Source of the DNA: an uncultured delta proteobacterium
Lineage (GTDB): Bacteria; Desulfobacterota; Desulfomonilia; UBA1062
Length of the DNA: 64,000 nucleotides
Assembly: GCA_963752595.1 (NCBI GenBank)
Contig: CAVVYZ010000001.1
Location: 1-64,000, forward strand
Direction: 5' to 3'
Part shown: in pieces, positions 43,264 to 52,007 of the stretch
Layout of the letters: each line of letters starts with the position of its first letter
Numbering within the stretch: the first letter of the stretch is position 1
The notes under the pieces: model-generated
Seen by the model: the letters and a program-made list of their open reading frames with translations, nothing else
What the model was told of the DNA's origin: nothing
Databases searched by the model: none
Position numbers and translations under genes: made by a program

Positions 43264-45111
43264 CTATCTAAGCAGGCATTCGCGGCCGTTCTGGATGAAG
43301 CATGATTTCAGGTCCTGGTACTTCTCCGGGGTCAGGAGGTAATAGTTCTCATCCCCCTTGGTCCGGTAGTACACCACCATGTCGGGATTGCTCTCGATGT
43401 TGTAATGATCCCGCTTGTAGGGACGGACCACGATCTTGTGCGTGTCGGTCACGGGGAAGCTGTCGATGACCCGGATGAAGTCGGGCATCCACTTGGGGTC
43501 CATGCCTCCATCCTGCTGCTGCCGGATCAGCCAGGCATGGACTGCTTCAGGGTCGAACCGGGCATCTTTCTTGAGCTGGACCGCCACCATGACCTTCTCG
43601 TCTGCCACGTCGCACGGCGCGCCGTAGGCAATGGCGCAATCCACCCCGGGCATCTCCTGGGCATACTGCAGTACATTCTCTGCGGAGAAGTTTTCGCCGT
43701 CCTTGCGTATCCAGTCGTCGGTGCGGCCGTTGAAATACAGGTAGCGCTTGCGGCCTATCATCCGGACATGGCCCAGGTCGCCCGAATGGTAGATCCCGTC
43801 TCTGAACTTCTGCGTGGTGGCCTTGGCGTCGCCGATATAGCCCTCGAACCTGAGGTTGTCGCTGTCCACCCTGCTGCAGATCTCGCCCACGGCCTGGTCG
43901 TAATTCGTGAGATATCCGTTCGCGTCCGTGATACCGGGAGCGCATTCCCGGCACTGCTCATCGAGGATCACGACCGAGCCCGTCACCCGGCCCACGGAAT
44001 CGATGGGGTCGCCCGGCCGGTTGGCTGTGGTGATGACCGCCTCCGTGGACCCGTAGATCTCGAAGATGTGTTCCATGCCGAGCCAGCGCATCAATTTCTT
44101 GCGGTCCACCGCCGAGGCCCCGTTTCCGTAGGCGCGCCGGAACCGGTTCTTCGGATGCCTTGCCAGCGCCTTTTCCACGGCCTCGGGGCTGCCGTATTTC
44201 TTTTCCAGGGCATCGATAATGTAGTGGAGCGGCTGGCCGACATAGTTCAGGAAGGTCACGCCATGGGCCAGCATGTCCTCCTCGAAGGCCCGGGCGCTGA
44301 AGCGGGGCTTGAGCACGAAGCTGCTCCCCGCGATCATCTGCGGCAGGATGCCGATGTACCAGGCATTCGAGTGGAAGAGCGGCATGGAGATGTAGCCGCG
44401 GTCTTTTTTGGTGAGGCGGACATCGGACTCGACGACGAACCCTGCTCCCACGAGCTTGATATGCGTGCAGGGCACCGCCTTGGGGAGACTGGTGGTGCCG
44501 GAGGTATAGATGATGAGAACCGGGCTGAAATTGTCGATGGGCACCATGCCTGGTTTTACGGCAGCAGGCAAGGCCTGTGCGATGGCTTGTTCCAGCACAC
44601 GGTAGCTCCTGCCGGCGACCTCTTTTTCGCTGCCTGCAAACAGGATATCCCTGCGGCCGAGCACGGTGATGCCCGGCAGGGCGCTTTCCACTTCCGCGGC
44701 CGAGCCTAAGTTCGTTATCAGGCGGGCGATCTTCGCCTGGTTGATGACCTTGGCCAGTGTGTCCCCGCGGAAACCGGTGTTGATGGCAAAGAGAATCGAA
44801 TTGCTCAAGCCTGCGGCGAGTGAGGCGAAGATGAACTCCGGGGTGTTCTCCATGTAGATACCCAGCGCCAAGCGCTCGCTGCCGGCCAGTTTTCCGCCCT
44901 CCACGAGCCTGCTGCGCTCGGCGAGGAAGAAATCGGCATAGCGCTGTGCCTGACTGTAGACCTCGCCATAGGTATATTCCCTGCCTTCAAAGATGAAGAA
45001 GGTCCGGTTGCGCCTCAGCAGAAGCCACGACATGGTGAGTTTGATCATAGTCCTGAAATTGACAAACCCAAAGAAGGTGCGGATAATGGTTTTCAAGTTA
45101 ATGCGTTTCAT
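43264..45111 (-). CDS. AMP-binding acyl-CoA synthetase (FadD1/FadD17-like)
   Basis: IYTSGTTSLPKAV, MPLFHSNA, YGSTE, YHSGDLG, GRTDDWIRKDGENF. Confidence 0.9.
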   Translation of the reverse strand: MKRINLKTIIRTFFGFVNFRTMIKLTMSWLLLRRNRTFFIFEGREYTYGEVYSQAQRYADFFLAERSRLVEGGKLAGSERLALGIYMENTPEFIFASLAAGLSNSILFAINTGFRGDTLAKVINQAKIARLITNLGSAAEVESALPGITVLGRRDILFAGSEKEVAGRSYRVLEQAIAQALPAAVKPGMVPIDNFSPVLIIYTSGTTSLPKAVPCTHIKLVGAGFVVESDVRLTKKDRGYISMPLFHSNAWYIGILPQMIAGSSFVLKPRFSARAFEEDMLAHGVTFLNYVGQPLHYIIDALEKKYGSPEAVEKALARHPKNRFRRAYGNGASAVDRKKLMRWLGMEHIFEIYGSTEAVITTANRPGDPIDSVGRVTGSVVILDEQCRECAPGITDANGYLTNYDQAVGEICSRVDSDNLRFEGYIGDAKATTQKFRDGIYHSGDLGHVRMIGRKRYLYFNGRTDDWIRKDGENFSAENVLQYAQEMPGVDCAIAYGAPCDVADEKVMVAVQLKKDARFDPEAVHAWLIRQQQDGGMDPKWMPDFIRVIDSFPVTDTHKIVVRPYKRDHYNIESNPDMVVYYRTKGDENYYLLTPEKYQDLKSCFIQNGRECLLR

Positions 45112-45302
45112 GCCAGGCCCTCCGGGAGTAAAGATCTCTCAACCTTCTTAATATACTATGAATATTGAGATTATGAAACGTATTTTATAGACAGAAAGGT
45201 CATGTGCCGGTTCCGAATGTACGATGCGAAACCGTCGGGGTGATCGGGAGCGGATTAATGAATGGGGCCAGGGTACATTTTTCTGTTGTGCAGAAGCTTG
45301 GT

Positions 45303-45656
45303 TCAAGGCTTTTCCTGAACAGTATAGTGAATGGTCATGACCCTGATGCGGCCGTCTTTTATCCAATAAGAATCCGCCCCATCGTCTATGCGTGCGCGGT
45401 CAGTATCCGCAGTCCATTCGAGAAAGGCCAGCTCTCCATGCCAGAGACGTGTGCGGTATTCGTACCGGGTCTTCCCGATCTGCTCGTCCAGGAGGTCGGC
45501 GGCTTTACGCGCCCCATCCAGGCCCGAGAAAACACCGTAGCCGGTAAGGAGGACGCAGTCTTCGGAGAAATTGCGACGTAGATCTGTTTTGACATCTCCT
45601 TTCTGAGCCAGATCGAGATGATCTTCAAAGACTTCCTGTGTTGAACGGATCTGCAT
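45303..45656 (-). CDS. SnoaL-like / NTF2 family protein
   Basis: RSTQEVFEDHL, FLEWTAD....DGADSY.I.DGRI..MTIHYTV. RBS GAGGG. Confidence 0.8.
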   Translation of the reverse strand: MQIRSTQEVFEDHLDLAQKGDVKTDLRRNFSEDCVLLTGYGVFSGLDGARKAADLLDEQIGKTRYEYRTRLWHGELAFLEWTADTDRARIDDGADSYWIKDGRIRVMTIHYTVQEKP

Positions 45657-45789
45657 GGCACATCCCTCATTCTTGCAGAGTCATTGGATAGACTTGAATT
45701 ATACAATATATAATAGCAAAATAGCACCCGGATGGGTCTCTTCAAGCTTGAAAAAGGATGCAATGCCCTCGAAGGATAAATGGCGGGAT

Positions 45790-45835
45790 AAATGGGGACG
45801 TGCTCACATTAAGAGAGAAATATGAATCCGCTCCC
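45790..45835. repeat. GGGGAC-type imperfect inverted repeat
   Basis: GGGGACGTGCTCACATT...AATATGAATCCGCTCCC, an imperfect hairpin related to the 40352 and 9475 motifs. Confidence 0.45.
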
Positions 45836-45923
45836 GGTTCCCATTGATCAGCTGTTACAGAGCTCCGGAAAGCTCATAGTTTTCTGGTACCCTCTGTCGT
45901 CTTCCGGAGCCCGGTTATCGATT

Positions 45924-46394
45924 TCAATTGCACTCCCCCACATTGGACAATGCTGCATAGACGACCACCTTCTGGCCGGCCATATTTGCAACCTTGTAAT
46001 ATGAGCACTTGGCCTCGGGAGTATTGTTGTTCTTAGGGTTGGGCCACAAGTAGCTGGTCCACCCAGCCCCGTCCTTCTTTGCCTTGCCGAGCATTTCCGC
46101 ACCAAAATATTTCCCGCCTGCATCTTTGATAGTCATGCAGTTCTTTCCCAGGAGCTCCTTTGCAACCGGATGCATGATGACTACCGCATCCATATTCGTC
46201 ACATAGATATAGCCCTCTCCCCCTGCAAAACGATACGGTTTCAGCTCATCCAGGCCTGCTTTTCCCTTGCTTTCAACCACCTTGACTCCATAATCCACCC
46301 CATCCATCAATTCTTTCTTCCGATCTTCTGCGAAAGCAGGATGACTGAGAGCAATGGCCACAAGACATACGAATGCCGTTTTGAAAATCTTCAT
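45924..46394 (-). CDS. Stand-alone exported single Cache domain protein
   Basis: Signal peptide (…PAFA). GYIYV...HP...L.GKN....KDAGGK, GWTSYLWPNP......K.SY. Confidence 0.85.
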   Translation of the reverse strand: MKIFKTAFVCLVAIALSHPAFAEDRKKELMDGVDYGVKVVESKGKAGLDELKPYRFAGGEGYIYVTNMDAVVIMHPVAKELLGKNCMTIKDAGGKYFGAEMLGKAKKDGAGWTSYLWPNPKNNNTPEAKCSYYKVANMAGQKVVVYAALSNVGECN

Positions 46395-46735
46395 AGTGTA
46401 TTCCTCCAGAGATGTTTTATTGATTATTTTATCGGATAATATGTGACCGGTTATAATGAAAATATCCGGCATGACGCCTTGTTATCGAGAGATGTGGCGG
46501 TACCATGGGATACATTGCACTCACCACAGATATCTATGGAAACGGCCATGTTGCGAAAGATCGGAACGAAGAAAAAGCACTTTCCGAAAAATTCATGCAG
46601 GGCGACCGCAAACTCCTCCTGGACTTTGCCGAGATATTCAAATAGGCAAAGGGAGAGCAAAGCCCGTGTCCCGCTTAAACTCTTCAGTATCGTCCAATCT
46701 TGATTTGTATAAAAAAGACAATTAAGTATAAAGGC

Positions 46736-47026
46736 TTATACATAGAGGCCTTCATCTTTTTTATACCAGAATGCAAATATCCAGCTTCCCGTTTCATTGA
46801 TAGTTACCGGGAGGGGGTCGGATAAATGTACGATGGTCCCGACACTGTTGGGAACTTCATGAACCGTGAATCCCGCACCCTTATATTCGCCGTCAGCGAA
46901 CTCTGTCTCATCCTGGGTAAACCCATAAGCACCACAGGAACACCTGACGAACCAGAGGTCCGCATCTTCATTATCCAGCACGTGACGTTTTCCACAGAAG
47001 ATGCATCTTACAATTAGAGTAATCAT
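46736..47026 (-). CDS. Small hypothetical protein with a possible Zn ribbon
   Basis: 96 aa with CIFCG and CSCG motifs. No obvious RBS. Confidence 0.45.
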   Translation of the reverse strand: MITLIVRCIFCGKRHVLDNEDADLWFVRCSCGAYGFTQDETEFADGEYKGAGFTVHEVPNSVGTIVHLSDPLPVTINETGSWIFAFWYKKDEGLYV

Positions 47027-47204
47027 AAGATTATGTGTGTGGGTGAGTGTTTTAAATGTCAACCTGTGTAAAAGGTCAATATTTACCGGATGATTCGGGC
47101 ACAGAGCCGCATTTCTCATGATACAGCACGGGAAATACGAGCAGGAACAATCGGCTTCCTGCAATATTCCTGCTGAGAGAGTTGACCATGAAGCCTTTGT
47201 GCCT

Positions 47205-47252
47205 CACCAGGGCCATCCTCTTATCATGCTCCATGACGATTTTCTGATCCAT
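47205..47252 (-). pseudogene. Relic copy of the mgsA 5' end
   Basis: 46/48 nt identical to 39062-39109. Encodes [16 protein letters not shown] and then diverges (stop at 47076). Confidence 0.85.
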
Positions 47253-47373
47253 TAAGACCCTGATTGTTCAGACGTAATAATACAAAATCTGATCCGTGTT
47301 TGCGTGTTCATGCCAGGCAGCCGTAGCTCATAGAGAAACGGCTGCTTTCTGCTATAATTAATCTTCATTACCC

Positions 47374-48528
47374 ATGAATGATCAAACCGATGTGCCTTTC
47401 TCTCAGGGAACAGTCAGCTTCAGTAGGATAAATAATGAAACTCTGCTGGTAAGGCTAGCGGGGGCCTGGGAAACAAAGTCCGAAGTGCCCTCGGCAGAAG
47501 AAGCCATGAAGCGGACCGGCTTCGATCCGGATATGCGGTTCATGACATTCGAAAGTTCGGAGCTCGTTTCCTGGGACAGCAGTCTGCCGGCATTCCTTGC
47601 CGGTCTGAAAGATCGGACGGATGCCAAGGGGATCACGATGGTTTCTGCCGGTCTCCCAGAGGGTGTTGTGCGGCTGCTGAAAATTGCCTCAGAAGCAAAG
47701 GATCTCAAAGGCATACTTGATATGCCTGCAAAAATGTCCTTTGTCGAATCCATCGGTGCGAGAACAATTTCCCTTGCCCGCTTTGCCTGGGATGTGCTGG
47801 CCTTTGTCGGTCAATCATCCCTGGCCTTATTCAATCTTTTCAAGGGCAGAGCACGGTACCGGCCTTCCGACATGGCCCTCTTCATCTATGAAAGCGGCGC
47901 ACAGGCACTGCCCATCGTGTCACTGATCAGCATCCTCGTGGGGCTCATCCTCGGCTTCGTCGGCGTGATCGAACTGCGGACGTTCGGTGCGGAGATCTTT
48001 ATTGCCGATCTCGTGGGGATCTCCATGGCCCGGGAGATGGGCCCGATGATGACGGCCATCATCATGACAGGACGTACAGGCGCAGCCTATGCTACGCAGA
48101 TCGGAACCATGGAGACGAATGAAGAGATAGATGCATTGAAAACAATTGGTTTTCCTCCCCTGGAATTTCTCGTGGCACCCCGGATGCTTGCCTTGATTCT
48201 CATGATGCCTCTCCTGTGCGTGTATGCCGACATCATGGGTATACTCGGCGGAGCGATTGTGGGTATAGGGATGGCCGGGATTCCCGCTTCCCAATATTAT
48301 ACGGAATCCGTGTCGGCACTCACGTTGACGGAATTTACCATCGGTGTTGTCAAAAGCGCTTTCTATGCTGTTCTCATCGCCCTGTCAGGCTGCTTCTATG
48401 GGATAAGGGCTTCGCGGAGCGCTATGGCGGTGGGCTATGCAGCAACGAGGGCAGTTGTCACGGGAATCGTTTTGATCGTAGTTGCTGACGGCATTTTTGC
48501 TGTCATCACAAGCATTCTCAATATCTAG
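47374..48528 (+). CDS. mlaE: MlaE family ABC permease with an N-terminal STAS-like domain
   Basis: WDSS STAS-like region, ALPIVSLIS, REMGPMMTAIIMTGRTGAAYATQIGTM..NEEIDAL, VG.A.T.AVV. Confidence 0.9.
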   Translation: MNDQTDVPFSQGTVSFSRINNETLLVRLAGAWETKSEVPSAEEAMKRTGFDPDMRFMTFESSELVSWDSSLPAFLAGLKDRTDAKGITMVSAGLPEGVVRLLKIASEAKDLKGILDMPAKMSFVESIGARTISLARFAWDVLAFVGQSSLALFNLFKGRARYRPSDMALFIYESGAQALPIVSLISILVGLILGFVGVIELRTFGAEIFIADLVGISMAREMGPMMTAIIMTGRTGAAYATQIGTMETNEEIDALKTIGFPPLEFLVAPRMLALILMMPLLCVYADIMGILGGAIVGIGMAGIPASQYYTESVSALTLTEFTIGVVKSAFYAVLIALSGCFYGIRASRSAMAVGYAATRAVVTGIVLIVVADGIFAVITSILNI

Positions 48529-48531
48529 CGT

Positions 48532-49338
48532 ATGGCACAGTCACGGAAGGAAGAGAAAGCAGACAGACCCCATATCACGGTGCGCAATCTCACCCTTGCC
48601 TATGGCAGCGCCTTGGTTTTGAAAGATATCGATTTTTCCGTGGACAGAGAGGACATCTTCATTATCATGGGTGTGAACGGCTGCGGGAAGAGTACGCTGC
48701 TGAAGTCCATGATCGGCCTGAAGCAGCCTGTAAAAGGCCAGATATTCTATGACGGCATCAACTTCTGGGATACAGCCCCTGATATCCGCAGCCGGGTTTT
48801 GATGCGGATCGGCATTCTGTACCAGAAAAACGCCCTCTGGAGCTCCATGACCCTGGGAGAGAACGTAGGGCTTCCCCTTGAAGAGTTCACTGAACTCGGC
48901 AAGGACCGGATCCGGGAGATCGTTTCGTTCAAGCTGTCTCTCGTTGGTCTCGGGGGTTTTGAAAAGTACTTTCCTTCACAGCTCAGCGGCGGGATGCAGA
49001 AGCGGGCAGCACTCGCCCGTGCCATGTCCCTGGACCCCGAGATCCTGTTTTTCGATGAACCCTCGGCCGGGCTTGACCCGGTAAATGCAGGCCTGCTGGA
49101 TGATCTGATTCTGGATCTCAACGAGAGCATGAAGACGACGATCGTCGTCATATCCCATGACCTTGAAAGCATATTCGCCATCGGCAACACGGCCATATTT
49201 CTCGATCCTGAAGCAAAAACGGTCATAGCTGCCGGCAACCCGAAGCAGCTTCTGGAGGAATCCCAAAACCCGAAAGTGAGGCTGTTCCTGACAAGGGGAC
49301 GGGCGAATATCGGGAAAGGGTATTCTGCCGGGAGCTGA
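48532..49338 (+). CDS. mlaF: MlaF family ABC ATPase
   Basis: Walker A GVNGCGKS, signature LSGGMQKRAALARA, FFDEPSAGLDP, ISHDL. Confidence 0.9.
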   Translation: MAQSRKEEKADRPHITVRNLTLAYGSALVLKDIDFSVDREDIFIIMGVNGCGKSTLLKSMIGLKQPVKGQIFYDGINFWDTAPDIRSRVLMRIGILYQKNALWSSMTLGENVGLPLEEFTELGKDRIREIVSFKLSLVGLGGFEKYFPSQLSGGMQKRAALARAMSLDPEILFFDEPSAGLDPVNAGLLDDLILDLNESMKTTIVVISHDLESIFAIGNTAIFLDPEAKTVIAAGNPKQLLEESQNPKVRLFLTRGRANIGKGYSAGS

Positions 49339-49365
49339 TCCGGCTATTTATATGATTATGAGGGC

Positions 49366-50343
49366 ATGATGAAGAAGCTTAATGTTACCTTGATCGGGGT
49401 TTTTGTCCTGGGTGCAGTAATACTTGCCATAATAGGAGTCGTTGCCCTTGGAGCGGGAAGATTCTTTACCAGGCACCCTACGTTTGTGATGTATTTCAGA
49501 GGGTCGGCAAAAGGTCTCGATACAGGGGCATCGGTCGTGTTCAAAGGTGTGAAGGTGGGCAAGGTGACCAGTATCGGGCTTGAGTATAATCCTGCTGGAA
49601 AGTCTGTCCTCATAGTCGTGCTTGCCGAGATAAACCTGAAAGCCATTACCCGGACGCCCGGTGAAACAGCCACGCAGGATTTCTTTATGCAGCTTATACA
49701 TGAGGGCCTCAAGGCACAATTCCAGTACGAGAATTACATGACCGGCCAGCTTCTCATCGACCTCGATTTCTTTCCGCAAAAGCCTTTCATCCTGGTGAAA
49801 TCCAATCTGGCATACCCCCAGATACCTACCATGCCTTCAGCCATTGAAGAGCTGTCCAAAGCGTTCGAAAGCCTGCCCCTCGAAGAGCTTGCAACCAAAT
49901 TGATGCGTTTGATGGAAGGTGTCGAGCGTGCTGCGAATTCATCGGATTTCAGAAACACATTGGTTTCCCTGAAAGCCGCACTTGATGAGATCCGAAGCCT
50001 GACAGAGAACATAAACAGGAACGCGGTTCCCCTGATATCGGACATGAGATCGACCTTAAAGGATTCAAGGAAGCTGCTGCAGGATTTCGATAAGCGCTCG
50101 GTATCCCTGCTGGCAAGTATGGAGAAAACCACCGAGGCTACCCGATCGGCAGTCATAAAGGCCCAGGATACACTCAAAGCGGTCGAGCGTTCCGGAACAA
50201 CCGATTCGCAGCTCCTATACCAACTGACACAAGCCCTGGAAAAGGTCGCGGCTGCAGCTGATTCGATGCGGGCCCTTTCCGATTATCTCAACCGCCACCC
50301 TGAGGCGCTCCTGCGCGGTAAAGGTGCATCGGATGAAAAATAA
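49366..50343 (+). CDS. MlaD/PqiB-type MCE protein with a long helical region
   Basis: TM helix, F.GSAKGLDTGASVVFKGVKVGKV, GLKAQ...MTGQL.IDLD, C-terminal DYLNRHPEALLRGK. Confidence 0.9.
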   Translation: MMKKLNVTLIGVFVLGAVILAIIGVVALGAGRFFTRHPTFVMYFRGSAKGLDTGASVVFKGVKVGKVTSIGLEYNPAGKSVLIVVLAEINLKAITRTPGETATQDFFMQLIHEGLKAQFQYENYMTGQLLIDLDFFPQKPFILVKSNLAYPQIPTMPSAIEELSKAFESLPLEELATKLMRLMEGVERAANSSDFRNTLVSLKAALDEIRSLTENINRNAVPLISDMRSTLKDSRKLLQDFDKRSVSLLASMEKTTEATRSAVIKAQDTLKAVERSGTTDSQLLYQLTQALEKVAAAADSMRALSDYLNRHPEALLRGKGASDEK

Positions 50344-50971
50344 AGCCATGAAAACCGGATATTTTCTTGTCATGACAATGATCAGCATCACGTTGTTCTT
50401 CTTGAATGGATGCGCTGTATCCCAGCCCACGAGGTTCTATACCCTGAGCGCCATGGAGAAACCGAAGATATCACGACCATGCTCCGATACAAGCCCGATA
50501 ACGATAGCGATCGCCCCGCTTGCGATTCGGAAATATCTCGACAGGCCGCAGATCATGACGCGGGTCGATGAAAATGAGCTTCAGCTGTCCGAGCTCGATC
50601 AATGGGCAGAGCCCCTCAATGAAAATATCTCGAATGTGATTGCGCAGAATTTAAGATCCCTCCTGTGTGCTGATATTGAGACATTCCCTGTGACGGTTAA
50701 CGGGCAGACTGACTTCCGGCTGTCAGCATCCATAATCCGCCTCGAAGGCAAACCCGGCGGCGATGCATTTCTGGAAGTCAGGTGGTCGGTCTCCGGTGAT
50801 CAGTCCAAGGCGCCGTTATTCGTAAAGGAATCATTTTACAAAGAGTCTGTGCGGTCCCAAGATAATAAAGGACTGGTTTCGGCCTACAGCAGCCTGTTCG
50901 CATCATTCAGCCGGGAAATCGCCGGCTCTCTCGAACCGTACCTCACAGCCGGATCCGGTAATAAGAAATAA
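50333..50971 (+). CDS. PqiC family auxiliary lipoprotein
   Basis: Lipobox LNGC, TRFYTL, YLDRPQIMTR, WAEPL. Confidence 0.88.
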   Translation: MKNKAMKTGYFLVMTMISITLFFLNGCAVSQPTRFYTLSAMEKPKISRPCSDTSPITIAIAPLAIRKYLDRPQIMTRVDENELQLSELDQWAEPLNENISNVIAQNLRSLLCADIETFPVTVNGQTDFRLSASIIRLEGKPGGDAFLEVRWSVSGDQSKAPLFVKESFYKESVRSQDNKGLVSAYSSLFASFSREIAGSLEPYLTAGSGNKK

Positions 50972-50992
50972 ATATCTTTTAATCAGAAGACT

Positions 50993-51036
50993 CTTGACCG
51001 GCTCGGCAAACAGGGCATAGCTGAAGATGAGGTGAT
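50993..51036 (+). repeat. Orphan copy of the ywbE upstream (promoter/RBS) region
   Basis: 40/44 nt identical to 39297-39340 (CTTGACCGGCTCG..AAACAGGGCATA.CTGAAGATGAGG.GAT). No ywbE follows. Confidence 0.85.
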
Positions 51037-51896
51037 CATGAGAAAAGATCAAGCCACTCCGTTGTATGCTTCCAGAGCGTCTGCCGCATCTTTTCCTTGA
51101 AAAAGCCCAGGTGCCCTATCTTGCCGGCACCCAGCTCGGATGCCCTGATCCTGCGGCGCTCGATCCTCGCTTTGGGATACTGGGACAGAAGATGCTCGAT
51201 GGCTGCTTCCGGGGCATAAGTGTCGTCATCAAAGCTATAGGCCAGGATCGGGAACATAAGCTCGGCGTATAGCCTCGTGTCGATGCCGAACTTTTTCGTG
51301 AACAGATGGTCTTTCTGTCGTGCCCACTGTGCCCACTGCGAGATGATGCCTGTGGGAACATTGACCGATGAAATGCCGAAGGCCCGCGCAGGGAAATTAT
51401 CCCGCCCGAAAGACAATACCGGTACGATCACATGCATCAGAAGGAAGATGACGATACAGAAGGGCCACGGATACATGTGCCGGTTTGCAGTCGATGCAGG
51501 GGCGAAGACGACTCCGGACAGTCTTGAAGACAGGGGAGCCAGGCCGATGAGCTGGCCGCCTGCGCTGTGGCCCACAAGAAAGATGCGCTGTGCGATCCCT
51601 TCTGCGATTACTGTACCCAGAACTGCCTCCAGGTCCTGTGCCCCCCAATCAATCATTCTCAGGTCGCGGCCGCGGATAACATCGGTCCGCGACTCTCCTA
51701 TGCCCCGGTTGTCATAGGTGACGGCGGCATATCCCTGCTCTGTCAGGAAGCGTGCAAATGGTTCATAGAATTCCTTGAGGACTCCCAAGGCAGCGCTGAT
51801 GACCACAATTCCTTTCGCTGTATCCTGAGGCAGGAAGAGATATCCGCTCAATGCGACGCCGTCCTTGCAAGTGACGGGTATCTTTCTTTTCTGCAT
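51036..51896 (-). CDS. Alpha/beta fold hydrolase
   Basis: YDNRGIGES, nucleophile GHSAGG, DD, GHLGFF. Confidence 0.9.
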   Translation of the reverse strand: MQKRKIPVTCKDGVALSGYLFLPQDTAKGIVVISAALGVLKEFYEPFARFLTEQGYAAVTYDNRGIGESRTDVIRGRDLRMIDWGAQDLEAVLGTVIAEGIAQRIFLVGHSAGGQLIGLAPLSSRLSGVVFAPASTANRHMYPWPFCIVIFLLMHVIVPVLSFGRDNFPARAFGISSVNVPTGIISQWAQWARQKDHLFTKKFGIDTRLYAELMFPILAYSFDDDTYAPEAAIEHLLSQYPKARIERRRIRASELGAGKIGHLGFFKEKMRQTLWKHTTEWLDLFS

Positions 51897-52007
51897 GTAC
51901 TCTCCCCCTCAAGAGCTCAACTGCGGCTGCAGTTCCTGAAAAATATACATTCTTTAGATGCTCGTATGTAATAATAAATTACGAACCATAATAATCAAAG
52001 GTGCCAT

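Noticed and set aside
45861-45910. GCTCCGGAA/TTCCGGAGC inverted repeat as an attC site or ncRNA
   Set aside because: It sits just after the Cache gene stop and resembles the other large-loop terminator-like stems here. No attC R/L box pattern and no integrase.
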